Below, piece by piece: positions 38,002 through 49,587 of a stretch of DNA of 64,000 nucleotides. Within the stretch, counting starts at the first letter, position 1. Each line of letters opens with the position of its first letter. The stretch covers positions 5,001 to 69,000 of the forward strand of contig JAWXAT010000010.1 in assembly GCA_034439615.1 (NCBI GenBank), in the 5' to 3' direction. Position numbers and translations under genes: made by a program. The DNA is from Oligoflexia bacterium. GTDB taxonomy: Bacteria; Bdellovibrionota; Bdellovibrionia; JABDDW01. Below the pieces are notes generated by a model. It was not told where the DNA came from and did no database searches. It saw nothing but the letters and a program-made list of their open reading frames with translations.

Positions 38002-38625
38002 ATGGACGCATCGTTTCTCGACTTAATTCTAGATAAGATCAGTCACCTTGAAGGTTCGGCCGCATACACGGCTATCTTCTCTGTACTCTTTGCCTGCGGT
38101 CTTGGCCTTCCCATTCCGGAAGATATTACGCTTTTTGCGGCGGGGTATCTTTCATATTTAGAAAATATTGAACTTCACTGGGCCATAGTCGTATGCATGG
38201 TAGGAGTTCTGCTTGGCGACTTTACATTATTCACTATCGGACGAGTTTTTGGAAAACGCGTTTTAAGTCTCCCAGGTGTTCGTTATGTTATGACCCCAGC
38301 ACGAATCGCACTTGCTCAAGCAAAACTTAAGAAAAATGCTCGCAAAGTTTGTTTCGTCGCAAGATTTCTCGCAGGCCTTAGAGCTCCGATTTATTTTTCT
38401 GCAGGAATGCTCGGAGTCCGACCCCTCACTTTTTTTACATTAGACTCTCTCGCCGCCCTCATCAGTGTTCCAGCACTCACTTATTTAGGATTTTACTTTG
38501 GTGATGAAATTGAAATCGGACTTCTCTACATGCGACGCGCAGAACGCTACATAATGATCACATTGGCGGTAATTGGCTTACTTGTAGTTTTGAATATTTT
38601 GAGAAAAAAAATGAAAATGGCTTAA
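38002..38625 (+). CDS. DedA/TVP38-family membrane protein
   Basis: GLGLPIPEDITLFAAGYL motif typical of DedA proteins. Confidence 0.75.
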   Translation: MDASFLDLILDKISHLEGSAAYTAIFSVLFACGLGLPIPEDITLFAAGYLSYLENIELHWAIVVCMVGVLLGDFTLFTIGRVFGKRVLSLPGVRYVMTPARIALAQAKLKKNARKVCFVARFLAGLRAPIYFSAGMLGVRPLTFFTLDSLAALISVPALTYLGFYFGDEIEIGLLYMRRAERYIMITLAVIGLLVVLNILRKKMKMA

Positions 38626-39794
38626 CGGCCAAAAGTCACACCAAAATCAAAAAGATAAAACACATTACTCACCGGAACATTTGTTGGAACCATACTTGTG
38701 TTTGGGTCCGTTTTGTTTGCAGAGCCAGAAAATTGTGATTTATACATAATCGCTGAAACTTTAAAAAACGTTCTCGTCTGTCGAGCGAATCGATACTCAC
38801 CACCAATATTTGCGCCTACTCCGATAGTTTGATTACTTTGACCAGCACGAACATCTGCGCTGCCCACTTTTTCTGTATGAACCATGTAAGGCTGTACCAT
38901 CAAACCTAAATTCCAAAAATAGCTTTTGCTTGATGGAATACTCATATCGATGTCAATTTCCACACCACCTAAACCATGCTTAAGTCGCCCCACATTTGGA
39001 GGCAACGAAAGTGAATAATCTGCATACTTAAGTGTAAATGCGAGAGATGAAGAATTAAGTGCCATCCCAAAAAATCTTCTAAATTTTAAACCGAGATTAA
39101 ACCAAGTGTGAGAGCTAGCAACATATATATCTTGCGTAGGATTGTCTTTTAATTCATTGAGCATCGAAAATCGATAGTCAGCTACAATGCCCAAAAAAGG
39201 TGTGAACCAAAGATTTAATCCGAAAAATGCACCAGGACTTTGATTAATATAATTACGATAATAATAAGGACTCACTGAAGAGTTGTAAATGTACGAAGGA
39301 CTTATCGTAAACTCAAAAAGATTCTTACGAATATCTTCAGAGTCTAAAAACGATCTATATTTATCAATTTCTTCTAATTCACCGCCGAGCAACATATCTC
39401 TCATGCGCGTACCCATTCCGGAATCTTCTGCTTTTTTTCCAGTGACCTCTGCTGGTGGAGCCGATGCATTATTAAAATTTTCGCCACCTAGCCCGGGAAG
39501 TGGCGCCACGTTAGGGGCCGCTGATTCAGCTATGGGGCGATCAAAAACAGTTTCGCCATCATCTTGCGCAGGCCTTCTATTTTGAATTTGAGCAGTTTTA
39601 TCTTTTTTCTTATGTGATGTTGACTTGCGAATATAGCGAGAACTCTCAGTACTATCTTGAGTTTGCGGTTGCACTGGGCGACGCGCAGTTGGCGATTGGG
39701 TATCTCCCATTAGGCCCAAAAAACTTGGGTCAATTTCTTGTGCGTGAGCAAGCACACCAAGATGAAGTAATGCGATAACAACAAGTGTTCTCAT
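38622..39794 (-). CDS. Putative outer-membrane beta-barrel protein
   Basis: Signal peptide, a Pro/Gln-rich linker and an aromatic-rich C-terminal half. No known domain recognised. Confidence 0.4.
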   Translation of the reverse strand: MRTLVVIALLHLGVLAHAQEIDPSFLGLMGDTQSPTARRPVQPQTQDSTESSRYIRKSTSHKKKDKTAQIQNRRPAQDDGETVFDRPIAESAAPNVAPLPGLGGENFNNASAPPAEVTGKKAEDSGMGTRMRDMLLGGELEEIDKYRSFLDSEDIRKNLFEFTISPSYIYNSSVSPYYYRNYINQSPGAFFGLNLWFTPFLGIVADYRFSMLNELKDNPTQDIYVASSHTWFNLGLKFRRFFGMALNSSSLAFTLKYADYSLSLPPNVGRLKHGLGGVEIDIDMSIPSSKSYFWNLGLMVQPYMVHTEKVGSADVRAGQSNQTIGVGANIGGEYRFARQTRTFFKVSAIMYKSQFSGSANKTDPNTSMVPTNVPVSNVFYLFDFGVTFGR

Positions 39795-39966
39795 TACATT
39801 ACTTCTCGGTATTTTTCGTCTTAGTTTGGATCAATATCGATAAAAACTGGGCTCGACGTTAGCCTCGAAATAGTGATGGGTCTAGTTAAGCTTCACGCTA
39901 TTTGGCAAGCTTGCATTGACCCTGGCAGCAATCACCTTTAAAATTAATGAAAGAGGTTAATTCAAC

Positions 39967-41589
39967 GTGAAACACAGCACACTGATTATTATTTTCTTAA
40001 CAGTCTTTGGGGTTTACGCTTTTGCGCAACAACCCACAAATAAAGTTTCAGTTAAAAATTCTTATCACAGTCAAATTGATAAACAAATTACTGTTCGCAA
40101 AGTAGGGGTTTTACCCGCAACAGATAACGTTAACGGCCTCTACGCCCGACATTTAGAGAATAAACTTAATGAACTTCTCAAAAACACCCATCGCTTTGAT
40201 CAAGTCGAAGTCAAAGACGCTAACGCACAAAATTCCATTGAAGATTATGAAGGCCAACCTGAACTCATCAAAAAATTAGGCATCAAAAATAATGCCGAGG
40301 CCTTTGTAGCAGGAAGAGTACTTAAACAAAAAAAAGGCTTAGACATCACACTTGATCTCTACCTTGTGTCTGATGGGCAACTCTTTGTTCAAGAACTGGT
40401 TGCAAACGAACCTATTATGCAAACAAAAGAGCTAGAACAAAAAACAACCGAGATGTTCAACAAGCTCATCAACAAAATTCCATACAAAGGCTTAGTACTT
40501 AGCCGCCAGGGAAACCGCGTTACTATTGATATCGGTGCTCGCGATGGAATTCGAAACAATACAGTTGTAAGTGTAGAGCAGGTTATTTCACTAAAAAGGC
40601 ATCCCAAATTTAATTTTCTACTAAGTACAGAAAAAGAAATTATGGGGAAAATCAAAATCATAAAAGCCGATGAAACATTAAGTTTTGGAATTATTCTCTC
40701 CGAAAAAGATCAAGGCGTTATTGCACCTGAGAGTAAAGTAACCGGTCTTGATTTTATAACCTACGCTGATCCCACTGCCGAAATGTTTAGACCCACACCT
40801 CATGGTGAGCTTGGTCAAGACAACGTGAGTTTTGGAAAAAACCCAAGAGAATGGCTTCCACCAAAACAACCCACACTTGGTAAAATCGGATTAGGTTTAG
40901 GTCTTGGCTCACTGAGAAGCTCAACAAGCATTCAAAATACAATTACAAATGAACAAAAATCATATTCAGGTGATGCTCCAATTTACCCACAGATTGATTT
41001 AGCCGCAGAAATTTGGCTGACATCAAATTGGTATATGTCAGGTCTCATTCGACAAGGTGTGTTTAGTGTACCAAATCCTGAAGCGGGAGGAGCCCCGTCT
41101 CGACTAGCTGCAAACAATGCGCATTATGATTTACATGGTGGTTATAAATTTTTACTACAAGATAATTTCTGGGGCCCACAGATCAACCTTCACGCTGGTT
41201 TTGCAAAATACAGTATGTTTGTTGATGCCAGCACCCCACTCACATTCACATCAACTTCTTATAGTGGAATGTATTTAGGCCTTGGCGGTTCACTCCCAAT
41301 TACTAACGATCACGCCTGGTATTTAGATATTAATTTAGATAGATTTTTATACCCCAACGTCACTGAAACTCCCGTATCAAGCGGCGCCACAAGTGACACG
41401 ACAATCACCGCATTCTCTTTTGGCGGCTCATATAAACTCGCCCCTCAATATGGGCTACACGCACATTTAAATTTTGAATTTTACTCAAGCACCTATTCAG
41501 GCGCCGGCAACCGAGGCAACGGCATCATCGGCCTAAACTCAAGCCAAAGCCTAACCACCCTCATCACCGGAATCGACTACATGTTCTAG
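39967..41589 (+). CDS. Putative outer-membrane protein
   Basis: Signal peptide, alternating beta-strand-like C-terminal half, terminal residue Phe. Confidence 0.4.
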   Translation: MKHSTLIIIFLTVFGVYAFAQQPTNKVSVKNSYHSQIDKQITVRKVGVLPATDNVNGLYARHLENKLNELLKNTHRFDQVEVKDANAQNSIEDYEGQPELIKKLGIKNNAEAFVAGRVLKQKKGLDITLDLYLVSDGQLFVQELVANEPIMQTKELEQKTTEMFNKLINKIPYKGLVLSRQGNRVTIDIGARDGIRNNTVVSVEQVISLKRHPKFNFLLSTEKEIMGKIKIIKADETLSFGIILSEKDQGVIAPESKVTGLDFITYADPTAEMFRPTPHGELGQDNVSFGKNPREWLPPKQPTLGKIGLGLGLGSLRSSTSIQNTITNEQKSYSGDAPIYPQIDLAAEIWLTSNWYMSGLIRQGVFSVPNPEAGGAPSRLAANNAHYDLHGGYKFLLQDNFWGPQINLHAGFAKYSMFVDASTPLTFTSTSYSGMYLGLGGSLPITNDHAWYLDINLDRFLYPNVTETPVSSGATSDTTITAFSFGGSYKLAPQYGLHAHLNFEFYSSTYSGAGNRGNGIIGLNSSQSLTTLITGIDYMF

Positions 41590-41590
41590 C

Positions 41591-41689
41591 AGGCACGGCC
41601 TTACTTTTCGTAATCCCAATGATGTTTGCAAATCAATTATTCCGAATAAAATCAGCCATTTAGTGATTACGAAAAGTAAGGCCGTGCCT
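41591..41689. repeat. Inverted-repeat element, copy 2 (25-bp perfect arms, 49-nt spacer)
   Basis: aggcacggccttacttttcgtaatc ... gattacgaaaagtaaggccgtgcct. It exactly fills the gap between two convergent stop codons. Confidence 0.75.
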
Positions 41690-42349
41690 TTATGTAATGA
41701 TGACTGTGAGGTTACTGTGTGATTTTAGTAGTGTGGCTGGAATTAAGGGAGTGGGTTCACTTTCTAATACTTTTTTTAGAATTGCGGATTTTTCTTTTCC
41801 GATTACCACCATGATTATTTTTTCTGCACGCATAAATGCTCCGGCTCCGAAAGTGAAAACATCATTTGTGTTTGCTCCGGTCACGCGGTCTCGGGTTTCA
41901 TCGGCAATGATTACTCGCCCACCCATAAATGAAAGTCCACTTTGGCCAGGCTCATGAAAACCAACATGCCCATTAGGCCCCAAGCCCAAAAGACTTACAT
42001 GGATTTTTTCTGAAATCACATCTTCCACATGCATAAGCATTTGTGCATCGGACCACGATGGATCAATAAGTTTTGATTTATTCTCGACACCCAATGGCAA
42101 AAGAACTTGTTCACGCAATTGACTGTAAAACAGACGGCGTGAATCTATAAATTCATCTATTTGAATGGGGCATAGCTTTTTTGACCAAAAATCTTTTTCT
42201 TGAGAAAAACCCTTATAAATCAATGTCGGTGTACCACCTGTGGGTAAAAAAATATTCAACGCACCTGTGACACCTTGTGCATAAGCCTTTAACAAATCTA
42301 CAGTTGTCGTGGCAACCTCTTGCGGATCTTTGCAGTGAATCAGTTTCAT
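41690..42349 (-). CDS. Glucosamine-6-phosphate deaminase / 6-phosphogluconolactonase family protein (NagB/Pgl-like)
   Basis: …LGLGPNGHVGFHEPG… matches the NagB/Pgl family signature. Confidence 0.7.
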   Translation of the reverse strand: MKLIHCKDPQEVATTTVDLLKAYAQGVTGALNIFLPTGGTPTLIYKGFSQEKDFWSKKLCPIQIDEFIDSRRLFYSQLREQVLLPLGVENKSKLIDPSWSDAQMLMHVEDVISEKIHVSLLGLGPNGHVGFHEPGQSGLSFMGGRVIIADETRDRVTGANTNDVFTFGAGAFMRAEKIIMVVIGKEKSAILKKVLESEPTPLIPATLLKSHSNLTVIIT

Positions 42350-42444
42350 GTCATCCCTTGCTTAACGCTTCACTCATTGAGTAACCTTATTGTGTAAGCA
42401 GGCAAACCAAAACACAAGTGTTACCAGACTTTAAGGAAAAATTT

Positions 42445-43122
42445 ATGTTCAAAAAACCCAGCGCACTCGTTGTTGTTGCTCACCCCGATGATGAAGCAAT
42501 TTTTTTTGGCGGCCTTATTCTTTCAAAAAAATATGACTGGCATGTGATTTGTGTCACCGATGGAAACGCCGATGACATGGGAGACTTTCGAATCGGGCAG
42601 TTTAAAAAATCATGCAAAGCTCTTGGTGCAAAAAAAGCCGAGTGTTGGGGATTTCCCGATATCTTTGAACACAGACTCGATGTTCACGCATTAATTGAAA
42701 AACTTCTCACGCTTAAAAAATTCAACAAAGTTTTCACACACGGAATCTTAGGTGAATACGGCCACGCTCACCATCAAGATGTCAGCTATGCAACACATAA
42801 AGTATTTTCTAAAAACACCTCTGTCTATTCAGTTGCATACAACATACAACCTGAAATTAAACTGACACTTACTGCCGATCTCTATAAGAAAAAACAAAAA
42901 ATACTTTGGGATATTTATAAAGATGAGATTAAACGTTTTGTGAATGTGATTCCCGCAACATGGTCTGAGGGTTTCACAGAAGTTTCGCTTAAAGAAGTTG
43001 AGGCCCTCTACAATTGGCTAACTGAAAATAAATCCTTTGAACCAAAATCACTTCATCACTACAAATGGCTCGCCCCCTATCTTCAAGGGGGCGGCGGACA
43101 CCTTAAGCTAAGACCTTTTTAA
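42445..43122 (+). CDS. PIG-L/LmbE-family N-acetylglucosaminyl deacetylase
   Basis: AHPDDE motif near the N-terminus plus a downstream His motif. Confidence 0.75.
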   Translation: MFKKPSALVVVAHPDDEAIFFGGLILSKKYDWHVICVTDGNADDMGDFRIGQFKKSCKALGAKKAECWGFPDIFEHRLDVHALIEKLLTLKKFNKVFTHGILGEYGHAHHQDVSYATHKVFSKNTSVYSVAYNIQPEIKLTLTADLYKKKQKILWDIYKDEIKRFVNVIPATWSEGFTEVSLKEVEALYNWLTENKSFEPKSLHHYKWLAPYLQGGGGHLKLRPF

Positions 43123-43126
43123 TTTT

Positions 43127-43681
43127 TTAAAAATAAAGACTAAAGGCTGCAGCGAGAGTAAATGCCCCCACATCAGATGCAAAATTACGCAAATATGAAA
43201 CTCTTGGGCCAAATGCGACAACAGGAGTAATGAAATAGTTCATCCCCAACTTTGTCTCACTCGTCCAACGAGTTGAAATAGAACTATTGTACGAGTAGTC
43301 GTTGTATTCATTTAAGTTATAAAGAAAATCTTGTCCGACATAAGTAGATACACGTTCATTTGACCAAAAATGATAGACAACTGAAGGCCCCATATTTAGA
43401 TAAGTACTCACAGCACTTGTTATAAAATTACCAGTGACCCCTAATGCTAAACGGTCAATAACAAAATACCGCACCGTAGGATTTATCTGAAAAAGAGATC
43501 CGCCAACTACTGAATACCCAAAATCAATTGTGCCACCAAGCTCAACATTGTTTTGATTAATATTAGCCAAGGCACTTCGTCTTTGATCTTGTGATCGAGA
43601 AATACTAACCGTGGATTCCGTAGCTGCGACAGCTGTGTTTGAAACTATTAAAACCAAAAGCATGAGTAAATTAAATTTCAT
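43127..43681 (-). CDS. Small outer-membrane beta-barrel protein
   Basis: Signal peptide, alternating hydrophobic strands, C-terminal FSLYF. Confidence 0.4.
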   Translation of the reverse strand: MKFNLLMLLVLIVSNTAVAATESTVSISRSQDQRRSALANINQNNVELGGTIDFGYSVVGGSLFQINPTVRYFVIDRLALGVTGNFITSAVSTYLNMGPSVVYHFWSNERVSTYVGQDFLYNLNEYNDYSYNSSISTRWTSETKLGMNYFITPVVAFGPRVSYLRNFASDVGAFTLAAAFSLYF

Positions 43682-43695
43682 AAATTCTCCTCACT

Positions 43696-43731
43696 AAATA
43701 AAAAGCCCCGACTCAAAAGAATCGGGGCTTT
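43696..43731 (-). terminator. Rho-independent terminator of groESL
   Basis: Minus-strand hairpin aaagccccga / tcggggcttt followed by TTTTTATTT. Confidence 0.6.
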
Positions 43732-43751
43732 GGAAATTCGATTCGACTCGA

Positions 43752-45718
<1,967 letters not shown>

Positions 45719-45749
45719 TTAAGACCTCCTTCATTGATTAATTGCTATA

Positions 45750-45768
45750 GCGCTACGCAACGTAGCGC
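45750..45768. promoter_or_regulatory. Perfect palindrome gcgctacg-caa-cgtagcgc upstream of groES (candidate operator; not CIRCE)
   Basis: 8-bp arms with a 3-nt spacer, 32-50 nt upstream of the groES start codon. No TTAGCACTC-N9-GAGTGCTAA element was found. Confidence 0.3.
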
Positions 45769-45940
45769 AAATCGTCATAAATATCGATACATAGTATGGA
45801 AATTTATTAAAATTCCTCGAATCGTCACTAATGTGTGTTCGCTATTTACTTTGTCAAGGTTGTGCTGATATTTTGCCCTCGGGTAGTAAAAATTATAAGG
45901 GCTTAAGAGTAAGTCCTAGTAAGCATTTAAGGGGGTTTAT

Positions 45941-46228
45941 ATGAAGTTCATATTCTCTGTTTTAGCCGCACTTACGTTCATTTTCGCACTTGCACCGGTA
46001 GCCAAAGCCGATAATGGCGGCACATGCGAATTGCGTAACACCTATTACGTTGGGCGATGTTTCGTAAAAGTTAACTCCAGTGAAGAAACAAGCATACTTC
46101 AAGCTTGTGAAGAAGCAGTAAGCTGCCTCAATACCATCATGGGTTGTGCTCACACCACCATGTGCAACAACACAAACCTTCGATCTGGTTGGCAATTGGT
46201 AAGAGTTTTTGAAGATCAAGCACTCTGA
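45941..46228 (+). CDS. Small secreted Cys-rich protein
   Basis: Signal peptide and eight Cys residues. Confidence 0.35.
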   Translation: MKFIFSVLAALTFIFALAPVAKADNGGTCELRNTYYVGRCFVKVNSSEETSILQACEEAVSCLNTIMGCAHTTMCNNTNLRSGWQLVRVFEDQAL

Positions 46229-46693
46229 TTAGAGGGCTGGGGATTCGAATTGGGATGATCCACCCTGGGCTCCGACGAGCTCGGGGGCTTGTAGTTTTCT
46301 TTGATAGGCCTCAAGAATATCGGCCATGTCACTGGGACTTAGAGTTTTTGCCGCAGATTTGAGAGCTTCGTAATTGTTCTTCGCTTGCGGAGCTAAATAG
46401 AGCAAAAAATAATCGTTAGCTGAAAGCTCTTGGATTACTCCCCAATTAAGTTCTGCATGGGATAAACGCAAATTCAGAGATGAAAGGTACTCTTCTTCTT
46501 CAGGGTTTTTTGGATTATTGTATTTTCGAATTTCTTTTTTAAGTTCTGTTAACAAGGCTTGAGAATCTGTGATTTTCTTTTGTTTCCACACTTTATAAGA
46601 AAGCATATTGGCCTTGGGGTTCGCGGAGCCTTTATTTACAGCGAATATGGCTAAGATAATAATGAAGATACAAACACCTAATCGACTCATCAA
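46229..46693 (-). CDS. Secreted hypothetical protein
   Basis: Signal peptide. No known domain recognised. Confidence 0.4.
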   Translation of the reverse strand: MMSRLGVCIFIIILAIFAVNKGSANPKANMLSYKVWKQKKITDSQALLTELKKEIRKYNNPKNPEEEEYLSSLNLRLSHAELNWGVIQELSANDYFLLYLAPQAKNNYEALKSAAKTLSPSDMADILEAYQRKLQAPELVGAQGGSSQFESPAL

Positions 46694-46999
46694 GTGCTGG
46701 TTAGAGCAAAGCTGAGGCCAGCCTTATGGCTAATTTATCAGTGTTTCTAGACTTTTAGAGTGTTTAAAGTGCCATTATTAGGCCTTACGGTGACCTCCAT
46801 TGGCACTTAGACTGTCTAATAATTTTTTGACAACCGCTCATATTATAATCACCACCGTATAAGTAAAATTTAGTAATTTCAAATACTTACATGCATTCAG
46901 GATGGTCTGATTCTTCCAAGAGTAGTACATCATAGCGCAGACGCAGGAATGGCTTCCAGCCAACAGGCTTTAATGCGCATTAATTAGAGTAAGGGGATT

Positions 47000-47599
47000 A
47001 TGACGCATCTTAATTTTAATAGGTCAAAAAGACAGATCCATAGATTACAACGCAAATCTCATCATAATTGGTCGCTACGTATTGGAGACGACGCGCTCAT
47101 TACTAGAAATATCACAAACCTGAGTCCTGCGGGTCTTGCGTTTAAGGCACCGGAATGGTCTGAATTCAAAATGGGCCAACAAATCAAGGTTCAGCTTTAT
47201 TTGAACAAAGATGAAAACTTTGAGTGCGAAGCTAAAATTGTATGGGTGAAACAAGCTGAAGAACGAACAGGTAGTCTGAATGCCTTAGGATTAGAATTTT
47301 CAAAACTACCAACTCATGTTGATACGGCGATTATGAAACTCGTCAATGATGATGCGCTTGAAGGACGCCGTTTAAATTTTTCTAAAGAATTTAGTGAGAA
47401 ATTTCTCATAACTAAAAAGTTTGATTTTAGATCTGCTTTCTCAAAAATCATGGGGGCTCTGATGATCGCAAGCCTCACAGCCGCATTAATGGCAGCACTT
47501 TATTTACACAAACATAACAATCCAGAAGAATCTCTGGCTTTTAAATTAACAAACGCCTTCAATAAAAGGCTTATAGCAATTGATTCGTCATCAAAATAA
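47000..47599 (+). CDS. PilZ-domain protein
   Basis: RKSHHNWSLRIGDD…NLSPAGLAF resembles the RxxxR / D-x-S-x-x-G c-di-GMP-binding motifs. A C-terminal TM helix is present. Confidence 0.55.
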   Translation: MTHLNFNRSKRQIHRLQRKSHHNWSLRIGDDALITRNITNLSPAGLAFKAPEWSEFKMGQQIKVQLYLNKDENFECEAKIVWVKQAEERTGSLNALGLEFSKLPTHVDTAIMKLVNDDALEGRRLNFSKEFSEKFLITKKFDFRSAFSKIMGALMIASLTAALMAALYLHKHNNPEESLAFKLTNAFNKRLIAIDSSSK

Positions 47600-47632
47600 T
47601 ACTACGGCCCTGGGTATGGCAGCCCAAGAAAA

Positions 47633-47667
47633 GGGCTTGGATTCGATCCAAGCCCTTTATTTTTCCC
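47633..47667 (+). terminator. Rho-independent terminator
   Basis: Hairpin aagggcttgga-ttcga-tccaagccctt followed by a T-run. Confidence 0.55.
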
Positions 47668-47690
47668 CATTAATATGTGTCTAATGTTGT

Positions 47691-48389
47691 ATGAGCAAAG
47701 ATTCGAACAGTAATGACCAAAACTTCTTTCAACTTATTGATGCTGTTGAGCAAGCCGATATTTTTGAATTTATTAGTAATAAGAAAAACTCTATCTTTAT
47801 CAAAGATGTAACTAATAAAAATGCCAGCGCACAACTCACCGAAGTTGCAGTGCACCAATATAAAAATTCATTGATCAAAGGGCGTTATAAAAATGGCCCA
47901 AGTCTTGGCGAGGGCACTGAAATTACATTGACCTTTGATCAGGCCAGCGCAAAGTTTTTTGCAGGAGGAACGTTAATATCTGAAGCAGAAAATATTTATG
48001 AAATCTCCTTGAAAAAATTATTCAAACTTCAAAGGCGCGATAGCTTTCGAGTTACGATTCCCAAAATAATCATGTATGCGGCTATTAATATTTCTGGAAA
48101 GAATTTTACGTTGATAGATCTTTCTGCTGGGGGCTGTGCATTTCAAGTTCCAGTATCTGAGGCTTCATTATTTGAAATGGGGAGCCTTGTTACCGGAAAT
48201 CTATCTGTCGGTACAAGTGAACCCGTAGATGTGAGTTTTAAGGTTAAATTTCGAAGAAAAAATACTTACGAGTCGAAAGAATTTCTACACATCGGTGCTG
48301 AATTCACCGATACAAGTCTTGTTTTTAATCAAAAAATGCAATCTCTTGTTTACGAATGCCAACGTCAGATCATTATTTCAGATAAATAA
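47691..48389 (+). CDS. PilZ-domain protein
   Basis: QRRDSFRV … IDLSAGGCAF are the canonical PilZ RxxxR and DxSxGG motifs. Confidence 0.65.
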   Translation: MSKDSNSNDQNFFQLIDAVEQADIFEFISNKKNSIFIKDVTNKNASAQLTEVAVHQYKNSLIKGRYKNGPSLGEGTEITLTFDQASAKFFAGGTLISEAENIYEISLKKLFKLQRRDSFRVTIPKIIMYAAINISGKNFTLIDLSAGGCAFQVPVSEASLFEMGSLVTGNLSVGTSEPVDVSFKVKFRRKNTYESKEFLHIGAEFTDTSLVFNQKMQSLVYECQRQIIISDK

Positions 48390-49004
48390 ATCAACACCCA
48401 GATCTTTTAAGTCATTTCTGACTTGTTGGGTGTTGAGAAATTGAATGCCTCTGATTCCTATAGATTTTCCTGCTTCGATATTTTCGGCGACATCATCAAT
48501 AAAGACGCACTCTGCGGCGGGCACTTTTATACGCTCTAAAAGTAGGTTATAAAATGCAAGATCGGGTTTAATAAGTTTTTCTTCACCAGAAATTAAAATA
48601 GTTTCAAAATGATTTAAGAACTCATGCTTTGGCCGTACTAGCGCAAAAGTTTCAGTGGCCCAATTAGATAGAACGCAAAGACGATAGCCTGCATTTTTAA
48701 GATCAACGAGAAGTTCAACTGTTGGTGAAATGGGGCCTGCTAACATTTCTATCCATCGATGATGGTAAGCTTCAATTTCTGATTTATGTTCAGGAAATTT
48801 TTTAAGTAACTCTTGGATGCCCTCAATAAATGGTCGACCTTTATCTTGGCGTAAATTCCATTCTTGGTTACAGACATTATTTAAAAAATATTCCATTTTT
48901 TCTTCGGAATTAAATATTTTTTTAAATAGGTACCGTGGGTTCCAGTCAAAGAGAACACCGCCAAGATCAAAAATGATCATTTTAATTTTGTGATTGGAAT
49001 GCAC
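48378..49004 (-). CDS. HAD-superfamily hydrolase (subfamily IA-like)
   Basis: MIIFDLGGVLFDW motif I and a downstream DD motif. Confidence 0.7.
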   Translation of the reverse strand: MHSNHKIKMIIFDLGGVLFDWNPRYLFKKIFNSEEKMEYFLNNVCNQEWNLRQDKGRPFIEGIQELLKKFPEHKSEIEAYHHRWIEMLAGPISPTVELLVDLKNAGYRLCVLSNWATETFALVRPKHEFLNHFETILISGEEKLIKPDLAFYNLLLERIKVPAAECVFIDDVAENIEAGKSIGIRGIQFLNTQQVRNDLKDLGVDLFI

Positions 49005-49007
49005 GCT

Positions 49008-49421
49008 TTAATCCATCCCGATGGCCTTGAGCCACTCAGGAGTTGGCAATATAAGTTTTCTTGTTTTCAAATCAAAAAAACCAAATATTATCGTGGCAGA
49101 ACACGCCTCTTCGCCATTTTCTTTAAACAGTATCTGTTCAAGCTTTCCCGTTTTACCTTCATACTCAATACATCGTGATTTGATGATCGTTTTTTCTCGG
49201 CAATGAACTTCGCGCTTAAACCGAATATTGATTTCTAAGATGATCGGGCTTTTTTGTTTTTCATGAACTTCTTTAAGTCCCCAACCATTTTTAGTGCAGA
49301 GCTCCCACCTTGCTTCTTCAAAAATAGCCAGGTAAGTGGCGTTGTTTACGTGTTGAAGTGTATCAATGTGAAACTCTCTGATGGTGAGCGGATATTCAAA
49401 AACAGTAGGATTTATTTTCAT
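49008..49421 (-). CDS. Acyl-CoA thioesterase (4HBT/YbgC hotdog family)
   Basis: FHIDTLQHVNNATYLAIFEEAR matches the hotdog-fold thioesterase signature. Confidence 0.75.
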   Translation of the reverse strand: MKINPTVFEYPLTIREFHIDTLQHVNNATYLAIFEEARWELCTKNGWGLKEVHEKQKSPIILEINIRFKREVHCREKTIIKSRCIEYEGKTGKLEQILFKENGEEACSATIIFGFFDLKTRKLILPTPEWLKAIGMD

Positions 49422-49587
49422 ACTTATTTTAAATCACACTGTAGGGGTTCATTCAAGATTTGCGGCTTCTTTGCATAAGCATTAGACAGCTGAACAGCAA
49501 TCTACAGCTCTTTGACTCATAACTAGCTAGAATTACTCATGATAAGACCTTAAATTCGATTTAAAGGGTGCCAGTCTTGCAATACTA

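Noticed and set aside
45719-45900. CIRCE (HrcA operator) upstream of groES
   Set aside because: The TTAGCACTC-N9-GAGTGCTAA consensus was searched for by eye and not found. Only an unrelated 8-bp-arm palindrome is present.
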